Virus record (IMG/VR): IMGVR_UViG_3300025929_000013
Span: 1-64,000 of that record
Origin: a virus
Reading direction: 5' to 3' (one strand)
DNA length: 64,000 bases
Both the position numbers and the translations under genes were made by a program. Below the pieces are notes generated by a model. It saw only the letters and a list, made by a program, of their open reading frames with translations. It made no database searches and had not been told where the DNA came from. Positions 29,037 to 37,209 of the stretch are shown piece after piece; within the stretch, counting starts at the first letter, position 1; each line of letters begins with the position of its first letter.

Positions 29037-29080
29037 TTGAAAAATCAACAGTGGATGCGCATACGCGCAGGTCGCACAGT

Positions 29081-30529
29081 GTGCGCCCCGCGGGCGTGTG
29101 GAATGGTCGCACGCTCCACCGGTGGTGAGGGACGTGAGTACGTGCGCCCCGCGGGCGTGTGGAATGGTCCGCACCGTTCCTCGACCACGCATGGGTCGCG
29201 CCGTGCGCCCCGCGGGCGTGTGGAATGGTCGTAGTGCAGTACGGCGAAACAGCCCGCTAGAGCGTGCGCCCCGCGGGCGTGTGGAGCGGTCGACGGCGTC
29301 AGTGCGGTGGCATACATAGTGGCGCTGCGCCCCGCGGACGCGTGAGACGGTCATCGGTAAGCTGACTTCCCAGAGCGCGTGAAATGGGCGCCCCGCGGAG
29401 CGTGGAACGGTCGCAAGGATGCTTACTCGGCTCCTACTGAAGGCCGTGTGCCTTGCGGGCGCGTGAGACGGTCCATCCACCCAGATGACGAGCGAGCAGA
29501 AGCCCAGGTGCGTGGAATGGTTCGGGGACTCCAATTGGTAGGAGCCAACAAGGGTTTCCCCCGCGGGCGCGTGAGACGGTCGTGACGGCAGTCGTTATGG
29601 CACAGAGTCCGCATAGGCGCGTGGGATGGTCTCAGACTCACGTATTACAGCCAGGCCGCGCAGCGGAGTGCGCCCCGCGCACACGTGAGGCGGTTCTGAC
29701 GCAGGGCGTTGAGTCACCCCGTGCACACAGAGAACGGTCCGCCTGGTGGGCGGTGGCATGAGTTGGGAAATTATGTGCCCCGCAGATGCGTGAGACGGTC
29801 GGGTCGAATGTCCATGGTTGTGGCGCAGGTCGCACAGGGTGCGCCCCGCGAGCGCGTGGGACGGTCGTGAAAATACCAGCAGGGCTTTGACCGAGGGCAG
29901 TGCGCCCCGCGGGCGCGAGGAATGGTCGACCCGTCTGGGCTGCTGTCCGTGGACAGCAGCGTGCAGCCCGCGGGCGCGTGGGTCGGTCTGAGTCAGGAGG
30001 CCACGATGGACGCTGTCGGCGGTGCGCCCCGCGGGCACGTGGGTCGGTCGTTTGAGTCCGAAGGAACCGCCCGATGAACGTCGTGCGCCCCGCGAGCGCG
30101 TGGGTCGGTCGGATCTACATGGACCAACCGTACAGACGGAGCGGTGCGCCCCGTGGGCGCGTGGAACGGTCGTGGCCCGGTCGCGTAGGCGGCGCAGGTC
30201 GCACAGGGTGCGCCCCGCGGGCGCGAGAAATGGTCGGTTACGTACGACAGGTCACCCATCAACAGCAGGTGCGCCCCGCGGGCGCGAGAAATGGTCGTGG
30301 TGTAGGGTGCCCGCACTCGAACACTGCGAGTGCACCCCGCGGGCGCGAGAAATGGTCGGAAGAGCTCTCGGTTGATACTGTCCCCCTGCGTCTGCGCACC
30401 TCGGGTATGCGCGGGACGGTCAGAGTGCCAGTGAAAGTTCTCGTCAACGTTCTGATGCTCCCCGCGGGCATGTGGAACGGTCCAGGTATGCTGCTGGTCA
30501 GATACACCCCGTGCACACCGGGAACGGTC
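29081..30529 (+). CRISPR. CRISPR array with type I-E-derived 28-bp repeat (consensus about GTGCGCCCCGCGGGCGYGTGGAAYGGTC), about 25 repeats, mostly 33-nt spacers
   Basis: Repeats start at 29081, 29142, 29203, 29264, 29325, 29386, 29446, 29554, 29668, 29773, 29839, 29900, 29961, 30022, 30083, 30144, 30208, 30269, 30330, 30394, 30455 plus degenerate or truncated copies; 61-bp period; unique spacers. Confidence 0.93.
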
Positions 30530-30558
30530 TGGTGCATTACCAGTCAAGCAGTACGCCG

Positions 30559-31329
30559 GTGCGCGCAGAAAACGGTCGCCCTGGAAAGCTGCGGTGTGCG
30601 CGGAACGGTCGGCCCTGCTCTCTCAGTCGCGCAGAACGGTCAGCCTGGTACATGTACCACCGCGCTAGGGAACGGTCGGGAGCAGCGCGTGCCCGGGAAC
30701 GGTCCATGTCCATGATGTCGGTGAGATGAAGGACGGTCAGGTCCTATCGGGCGGGCTGAGAACGGTCGGAAAAGAATGTACGGGCGCAGCGGTGGATGAT
30801 GCTCCTCGCTCATCCACCGGCGAACGGTCTCCCCCGAAGTGTGCGGTCTACATGCCGCGGATGCGCAGAACGGTCCGCTTCCCGAGAGAAAGCGCAGAAC
30901 GGTCAAGGCTGGTTAGCTCCGGGCGCGAGAACGGTCTGGGCTCAGAATAAGGGTGCGCAGAACGGTCCAGTGTGAATGACGGTCAAGTGTCTGCCAGGGG
31001 CCAGCATGTGAAGAACGGTCATACGCCTGAAGAACGGTCATACGCCTTTGAGTACGAACGCATCCCAGGGGCGACGGTCGATGACCATGGCCTGCGGTGA
31101 ACGGTCCGGAGAGACCCCGGTGCCGAGCGGTCCAAGAAGTGGTGAACGGTCCAGGTCTGTGTCGGGCGAACGGTCCTTGAGCCATTCGAACCCGGCGCCG
31201 GGAGAACGGTCATCCAAGTATGCCGAGCACGGTCTGACAGTCACAGCTACGCGCGTAGAACGGCCTAGTTGTCGGCGGGGCAAGAGAACGGTCCAGGTCT
31301 CCCGAGATCATCAAGGCGCTACAATGGTC
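30559..31329 (+). repeat. array of about 26 mini-units retaining only the repeat 3' end (GAACGGTC) separated by short unique sequences
   Basis: ACGGTC-type motifs end at 30577, 30610, 30641, 30677, 30704, 30738, 30767, 30829, 30875, 30904, 30936, 30967, 30984, 31020, 31039, 31079, 31106, 31151, 31175, 31211, 31234, 31293 and others. Confidence 0.85.
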
Positions 31330-31395
31330 ATGGTGCGGGGCATGGTGCCCGGGGAGATCCCGTGGACGGGTTCATGAAACACCCTGCACCCTCGA

Positions 31396-31470
31396 TGCGG
31401 GGTAGCGCAGCTCGGTAGCGCGCTGGGCTCATATCCCAGAGGTCGCTCGGTTCAAATCCGGCCCCCGCTA
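31396..31470 (+). tRNA. tRNA-Met (CAT), initiator-type
   Basis: Cloverleaf; anticodon arm CTGGG-CTCATAT-CCCAG with three G-C pairs; 1:72 mismatch; TTCAAAT T loop; no encoded CCA. Confidence 0.88.
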
Positions 31471-31477
31471 CAGCAAC

Positions 31478-31512
31478 AGCCCCCTCCTATCACCGGGTAG
31501 GAGGGGGCTTCT
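31478..31512 (+). terminator. terminator hairpin between convergent genes
   Basis: AGCCCCCTCCTA...TAGGAGGGGGCT. Confidence 0.75.
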
Positions 31513-31518
31513 CTGCGT

Positions 31519-31734
31519 TTACGGCTCGACGCCGGTCAGAGCCTGCACCTGGGCGACCGTGATGCCCTCACGACTCAGCGCCTTGAGCCGCGCGATCCGC
31601 AGCTCGTCACGCACGCGCTCCTTCTTGAGCCGCTGGAACTCCACCATCGACCGCAGCATCATCGGCAGGCAGACCGGGAGCGCTACGAGGAACAGGCTCA
31701 GGCAGACGAGCAGCATCACGGTGGGCCAAGACAT
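31519..31734 (-). CDS. small membrane protein
   Basis: TM N-terminus MSWPTVMLLVCLSLFLVALPV plus charged helix. Confidence 0.55.
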   Translation of the reverse strand: MSWPTVMLLVCLSLFLVALPVCLPMMLRSMVEFQRLKKERVRDELRIARLKALSREGITVAQVQALTGVEP

Positions 31735-31839
31735 ACAGCAAGTGTAGTGACGAACACAGGCGCCGGGGAGAGTGGGCCGAACGGATGACCCTGACAGAGA
31801 CAGTGGAGATCCACGAGACGGTCCGCCTAGCGTGTGATC

Positions 31840-32256
31840 ATGGATATTACACAGGCCCAGACCTGGGCAGACATCGCCGAGATCGAATTTCCCAAGGAGC
31901 TGAAGCTCATGGGGCTCCCGCCGCGGGAGCGCCCGAGGCCCGACCTTCCAGCGGTGCTGGAGACGGTCGACCTGATCTTCAAGAACCGCGAGAAGGAGCC
32001 CGACTGGACCACCACGGTTCACCTCGCTGCGTGGCTCGCTCCGAAGTTCGGTATGACGAGCAGGGATTCCGAGATCCAGGAAGCGCTTGCCAAGATCCGC
32101 TCACCTGAGCGGGACGGTGCGTTCACCGCGATGGCGATGGAGACGATGCTGAAGATTCACTTCGGCTACCACCTCATCGCGTTCATCCGGGAGAACGGGT
32201 TCGCAGACCTGCGCGCCTTGATCGAAGCCACGGAGCTCGACCCGACAACCCCCTGA
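31840..32256 (+). CDS. hypothetical protein
   Basis: ORF track; followed by a hairpin. Confidence 0.65.
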   Translation: MDITQAQTWADIAEIEFPKELKLMGLPPRERPRPDLPAVLETVDLIFKNREKEPDWTTTVHLAAWLAPKFGMTSRDSEIQEALAKIRSPERDGAFTAMAMETMLKIHFGYHLIAFIRENGFADLRALIEATELDPTTP

Positions 32257-32667
32257 TAGCAGCAAGAGGCCCCCGTCCTCTGGTGTGCGGCGGGGGCTTC
32301 TCTGCGTTTGCGGCGAGCCTCCTGGCATCGCCACTTCGGTAGCTGCCATAGTTCAGCTTCATGCCAAGCCTTCCACCGGAGTCCACGCAAGACCGGCTCG
32401 TCCGCCGTATAAAGTCCGCCACTGGCGTTGACTGCACGATCTTCGACGGGCGCACCGTGGCACTTGACGAGCGTGAGCTCTACCATCTCCTGTCCGTGCT
32501 GGCCTGTGATGCCGAAGATCCCAAGAGCGCCGCCCTACTGGCAAAACTGCTGCCCATGCCACAAGCTACAGGTCAACGGCCTGGGGATGTGTGTGTGTTT
32601 GACACCACATCGCGAACGCGGTGTACTCTCAAACACGTACATCCGCGATCTAGGGAGAGCGTGTGGC

Positions 32668-34356
32668 ATGCCCCCTGTAGATACACCGCTAAGAAGACCA
32701 GCTCGATGCAAGCGCGCCATCATCTACGTACGTGTATCCAAGGCACGCGAGGTGATGTACAGCCCCGAGCAGCAGATCATGCGCTGCGAGCAGTACGCCA
32801 AGCAGCACAACATCCAGATCGTCGACATCGTGCGGGACCTTAACCTCAGCGGCCGGACCTTCGAGAAGCGCAAGGTCATCGAGATCATCGAGCGCATCCA
32901 GAACGGTGAGGCCGAGATCGTCCTGGTGTGGAAGTACAGCCGCTTCGGACGATCGAAACTGAAGAACGCGGTGCACATCGTCCTGGTGGAAAAGGCTGGC
33001 GGCCAAGTGATCAGTGCCACCGAGGGTGGCAATGAGAAGACCAACGTCGGACGCCTGAACCGCAACATCATCATGTCTGTGGACGAGTTCTACTCCGGCG
33101 TGATGGGCGACACGTGGAAGGACACCCACGAGCGGCGTCGCAACAGCGGTCTCCCGCACACCGGTAAACCCCGTCTGGGGTACATGCGCTGTCCGAAGTG
33201 CGAACGAGACGAGGAAAACCCGACCAAGTACAAACCCTGCGAGTGCGGCGGCGTTTTCGTCCCCGATCCTGAGCGCGCGTGGGCGGTCAAGGAGGTATAC
33301 ACGCGTTTCACCGAAGGTGAGGGGCTACGCAAGGTCATTGCCGATGTAGCCTCCCGCGGAGTCACCACGACTGTTGACGGGGCGCCTCTTACGTGGGGGC
33401 ACTGGACCACCGCGCTCGACTCCGGATTCGCGGCCGGTTGGCTGCGCGCAAAGAGCGAGGAGGCCAAGGAGGAGAACCCCAATGGGCGGCGCATCGACGA
33501 TTACGACGTCTGGGTTAAAGGTAAGCACGATGCGCTGATCTCCGAGGAAATCTGGCAAAAATACAGGAAGCGCCGCATGGCGCGTGAGCGACTCCCCCCG
33601 AAGGCTCGCGAGCCCAAGCACTCCCTAAGTGGTTTCATCCGGTGTGGCGGTCGCAATTCCGATGGGGAACTATGCCTGCGCGTGATGACTGCGGCGAGGG
33701 GTGGCCGTAAAGGCGAGAAATACGTAGTTTTTCGGTGTCCCGTCCACGCCGACACCGGCGCATGTACCGGAAGCTCGATCGGCCTGATCACGACCGAGAA
33801 GATCGTACGCCGGTGGATCCGAGACAACGCGAAGGATGACGGTCGACGCCAGCGTGCACTCGACGAGATGCTTACGTCCGAACAAAACGCAGGCGAGCTT
33901 AGGCATGCACGCGCCCGCGTGGCGCAGCTAGATGAGAAGCGAACGAAACTCGCAAGCGGTTGGGCCTCTGGGCTTCTGAAAGATGATCTCTACCGAACGC
34001 TCTCGGAAGAGCTCGACGTCGAACTTGATGTGGCGCATGCCACTGTGGCGAAGTTGGAAAGGGCAACCACCCGCATCGAGCTGGGCCCAGAGGTTTTCCT
34101 GCCCATCGCGGAGCAATGGGATGGCCTTCCACCCGCAGCTAAAAACGAAGCTCTGCAACATGTGGTCGACCACATTATTTCGATTCCGATGCCCGGACGC
34201 GCCCGTACTATGGCACGCGTTGTCGGACTTGGTGAGGCGTATGACTATGCATTGCCATCCCGCGGTGTATCGCGTGTCCGGGCGCGGCGCAATGCCTCTC
34301 TCGCCAAGACGCACCAGAACGCGTCCCAATCCGGAGTGACGCCAGGCGAGGAGTAG
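32668..34356 (+). CDS. large serine recombinase (integrase)
   Basis: IIYVRVS catalytic Ser, D..LSG, SRFGRS, recombinase domain, Zn ribbon (LSGFIRCG...C...RC...C), coiled coil. Confidence 0.93.
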   Translation: MPPVDTPLRRPARCKRAIIYVRVSKAREVMYSPEQQIMRCEQYAKQHNIQIVDIVRDLNLSGRTFEKRKVIEIIERIQNGEAEIVLVWKYSRFGRSKLKNAVHIVLVEKAGGQVISATEGGNEKTNVGRLNRNIIMSVDEFYSGVMGDTWKDTHERRRNSGLPHTGKPRLGYMRCPKCERDEENPTKYKPCECGGVFVPDPERAWAVKEVYTRFTEGEGLRKVIADVASRGVTTTVDGAPLTWGHWTTALDSGFAAGWLRAKSEEAKEENPNGRRIDDYDVWVKGKHDALISEEIWQKYRKRRMARERLPPKAREPKHSLSGFIRCGGRNSDGELCLRVMTAARGGRKGEKYVVFRCPVHADTGACTGSSIGLITTEKIVRRWIRDNAKDDGRRQRALDEMLTSEQNAGELRHARARVAQLDEKRTKLASGWASGLLKDDLYRTLSEELDVELDVAHATVAKLERATTRIELGPEVFLPIAEQWDGLPPAAKNEALQHVVDHIISIPMPGRARTMARVVGLGEAYDYALPSRGVSRVRARRNASLAKTHQNASQSGVTPGEE

Positions 34357-34370
34357 AAGGTCTCGATCAG

Positions 34371-34409
34371 GCGCCCGGACTTATCCCCGTCGGTGGGTCC
34401 GGGCGCTTC
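34371..34409 (+). terminator. hairpin after the integrase
   Basis: GCGCCCGGAC...GTCCGGGCGC followed by TT. Confidence 0.6.
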
Positions 34410-34700
34410 GTCGTAGGTCAGCTCGTCCATCGCCCTCTGCCTTCGTCGCGGTCTGCGACGTTCCCCTGGGGGCGGGGCGATTCGTTGTCCATCCTGCACT
34501 GCGTCGGCGCGTCAAAAAAAGCGTTCTGAGCTGTGGGTTTGATGGGTTGACATGTGGGTGCGGGGTTCGGGGGATAGGGCGTGAGCTGCGGCGCGCTGGG
34601 GTGCAGGGTCACCCGGATGGGCTAGTGCCCTGTTGACAGGGCGTCAGGCGGCTCAAGATCGGGTGTGCGCTATCCGAATTTTCTGCTCAGGAAGAGAACC

Positions 34701-36467
34701 ATGACCGATGTGGATACACGCGACCCTGCGATCGTCGAGCTGGCCCGGAAATTGTTGACGGGGGCGGCGAAGATCAAGGGGGCGTCCGTCTACCGGTTCG
34801 ACCTTCAGGGTTTCGTCTCGGACGGCGCAGCGGCGTTTCCGGACCAGCCCGGCGATGTCCTGCTGGACGAGAGGGAGGGCGTCGGGAAGGCGATCAAGCG
34901 GCTGATGGTGCTGGCGGTGCGCCGCGGGACGCAGGAGATCCAGGACGTCGCGACGGTGTCGTGCGTGCTGCGCGTGCCGCACAAGACGGGTGTGTGGCTG
35001 CTGCATGCGGCGACCGGGGAGCCGTGGACGGTGGAGCTGGCGCAGCAGCTGCTGGAGGCGTGCTGTGTGCGTCCGGATCTGGCCATGGACATCACCCAGG
35101 CGGTCCCCTTCGGCCGGGTGGGCGTTATCCACGGGCGCGGGGACCTGGAACGGATGACGACGGTCGCCTCGGGGTTCCACCGGACGATCGGAATCCTGGC
35201 GCACGCCCCGACGCGCGTGGTGGTGCGCCAGCACGAGCGGCTGCTTTCGCCGTACGCGATGCGGTACCGGGGGATGCTGTGCATCGCGGTGCACGACGAT
35301 CCTTCGGGGCGGGTGCGGAAATATTACGGCGAGCAGACCTTCACCGACCTGTTCAATAGAACCCACCACGTGGCGATGCCACCGCTGGGCGGGATGCGGG
35401 TGATGCTGCCGCTGGAGTATCCGCGCTCTGCGATCCCGCCGGATCTGCCAGTCACGCTGGACAAGCGGGAGGCGGCGGATGACAAGACGGTCGCCGCGTG
35501 GCTGGAGCGCTGCGCCGCGCTGATGCTGCATCCGGCGCATGCGCCGGACCCTGATGCGCACAAAATCGTCAAGGACTTCGAGCCGCGATTCGCGCGGGAC
35601 ATCGCCGCGGACACGACGGTCTCGGTGTTCCAGGAGCTGGTGGACACCCGGCAGCGGGAGGCGGAGCTGCGGGACAAGCTGAAGGGTTTCATCGCGGCGG
35701 GCGACGAGCTGCGCGCGCATGCGCACCAGACGCAGGAGATGTGGGAGGCGGAGCAGCGCAAGAACGCCGAGAAGGACAGGGAGATACGCGGCCTGCGCGC
35801 CGAGCTGGCCACGACGCGCGCGCAGCTTGCCGAGGCGCGGGCGGCAGACGGCGGCGGGCAGGAGCACGTGGCCGCGGTGACCGGGGAGCGGGACCGGGCG
35901 CGCGCCCTGCTGGCCGAGCGCGTGGAGGATCTGGAGGTCCTGCGCGAGACGCTGACGACGCTCAAGACCCGTCCGGAGGCGGTGGTGCCGCGCGAGTGGC
36001 GCCAGCTGTTCCCGTTCGCGGGGATCTTCACGTACGTGGACGTGCCGGACTGGGCGGTCAGACCGGCGTACGGGGTGCTTGACCGGGGCCAGGAGTCGCT
36101 GGGGTGGCTGGTGCGCGCGTGGACGGTGCTCACGAAGTTGGACGAGTACGCGGCGGCGAAGATCGAGGGCGGCGCGGGCGGGGTGTGCGCGAATTTCCGC
36201 ACGTATGTGACCGAGTTCCCGGCGAGCGGGGTCACGCCGCGCCATGTGGTGCTGGGGGAGTCCGAGGCCGTGAGCAAGCATCCTCAGCTGCGCGGGATGC
36301 GCACGTTCGACACTCCGATGGGGCCGCGGTTCTTCTCGGAGCACGTGGCGATCGGGTCGGGGGCTCCTCCGGCGCCGCGCCTGTACTACTACGACGCGGT
36401 GCGGGAGATCGGGAAGGTCCTGGTGGCTTACATCGGGCCGCATTTGAAGAACACGCTGACGAATTAG
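34701..36467 (+). CDS. coiled-coil protein with C-terminal RelE-like domain
   Basis: Central coiled coil; C-terminus FSEHVAIG...PRLYYYD...VLVAYIGPHLKNTLTN. Confidence 0.6.
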   Translation: MTDVDTRDPAIVELARKLLTGAAKIKGASVYRFDLQGFVSDGAAAFPDQPGDVLLDEREGVGKAIKRLMVLAVRRGTQEIQDVATVSCVLRVPHKTGVWLLHAATGEPWTVELAQQLLEACCVRPDLAMDITQAVPFGRVGVIHGRGDLERMTTVASGFHRTIGILAHAPTRVVVRQHERLLSPYAMRYRGMLCIAVHDDPSGRVRKYYGEQTFTDLFNRTHHVAMPPLGGMRVMLPLEYPRSAIPPDLPVTLDKREAADDKTVAAWLERCAALMLHPAHAPDPDAHKIVKDFEPRFARDIAADTTVSVFQELVDTRQREAELRDKLKGFIAAGDELRAHAHQTQEMWEAEQRKNAEKDREIRGLRAELATTRAQLAEARAADGGGQEHVAAVTGERDRARALLAERVEDLEVLRETLTTLKTRPEAVVPREWRQLFPFAGIFTYVDVPDWAVRPAYGVLDRGQESLGWLVRAWTVLTKLDEYAAAKIEGGAGGVCANFRTYVTEFPASGVTPRHVVLGESEAVSKHPQLRGMRTFDTPMGPRFFSEHVAIGSGAPPAPRLYYYDAVREIGKVLVAYIGPHLKNTLTN

Positions 36468-36475
36468 GAAGTGCG

Positions 36476-36670
36476 ATGGGCTCTGGTCATTGGATCCACA
36501 TCGCCGTGGCGGTGGGCAGCGCGGCGATCAGCGGTGGGTGCACGGCGTATTTCGTGCGCCGTGGCAGCCGCAGGTATGTCAACCGCGAGCATTTCAGCTC
36601 GCCGTTCGTTGTCGAGGAGGACGTCGAGGGGGACGACGACGAACCGAGGGGCGCGCACCGTCATGTATGA
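36476..36670 (+). CDS. small membrane protein
   Basis: Hydrophobic N-terminus, acidic tail. Confidence 0.45.
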   Translation: MGSGHWIHIAVAVGSAAISGGCTAYFVRRGSRRYVNREHFSSPFVVEEDVEGDDDEPRGAHRHV

Positions 36671-36744
36671 GGTGTGCCCGCGGCGGGGTTGGGAATATAC
36701 GCTGCGGCGCTGGCAGCCGCACCGACACGCGTGAGGGGTTTTCC

Positions 36745-37059
36745 GTGAGCGACAGGCCGGTCAGCTACACCGTGCACCCCTACCTGGAGCGCAACTCCGG
36801 CAGCCCCTATGTGCTGCCGGAGTTCGAGCGCATCGTGTCGGGGCATCCGCTCGACCGCTGTGAGACGGAGGCGGGGGTGGTGCGGCTGGTGCGCTATACC
36901 CCGCCGGGTTGCGAGGTGTTCCGTTTCGCGGTGCACACGGTGCTGCGCGACGGTCGGGCCACGGCGACCAGTTATAGGCTGCTGGCCGGGGCGCGGGTGG
37001 ATTATGACGGCGCTGTGGTGGTGCTGGGTGGGCAGGGGGCGCAGGCGCAGGAGGCCTGA
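36745..37059 (+). CDS. hypothetical protein
   Basis: GAGGGG RBS. Confidence 0.55.
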   Translation: MSDRPVSYTVHPYLERNSGSPYVLPEFERIVSGHPLDRCETEAGVVRLVRYTPPGCEVFRFAVHTVLRDGRATATSYRLLAGARVDYDGAVVVLGGQGAQAQEA

Positions 37060-37209
37060 CGTGCGTCAGCCCCGCGTCACGATTCTCCGCGCGAGAGACA
37101 TTTGATGCGGGGCTGGTGCGGGCACCCGTCCCCGGGACGGTGCTTGGCGGCCAGCCTAGTCAGGCGTGCGGGATTCTTGCGGCGTTCGCGGATTTTTCCC
37201 CGGTGCGGC

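Noticed and set aside
26640-29040. Active IS200/IS605 or IS607 transposon
   Set aside because: No adjacent tnpA (Y1 or small serine transposase); the RuvC triad is altered; the gene carries an Ig fusion and is followed by an array.
29109-30500. Full-length self-targeting spacers within the window
   Set aside because: None noticed by eye beyond one 12-nt match; a computational search is needed, so no claim is made.
30559-31329. TIGR-type array or simple VNTR
   Set aside because: Unit length is irregular with one conserved motif rather than alternating edge and loop repeats; no Nop-domain gene is adjacent; intervening sequences are unique.
29037-31377. ORFs predicted across the array on both strands
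   Set aside because: Translations are repeat-derived (APRGRV, RPAGV, ERS/RTV) and lack RBS support.
31396-31470. tRNA as a prophage att boundary
   Set aside because: No duplicated tRNA 3' fragment was noticed, phage-like genes continue on both sides, and the nearest integrase is a serine type.
34653-36443. Long antisense or alternate-frame ORFs (also 12331-13686, 27126-28472, 37160-39289, 58284-60161)
   Set aside because: Shadow ORFs expected in high-GC DNA overlapping well-supported genes.
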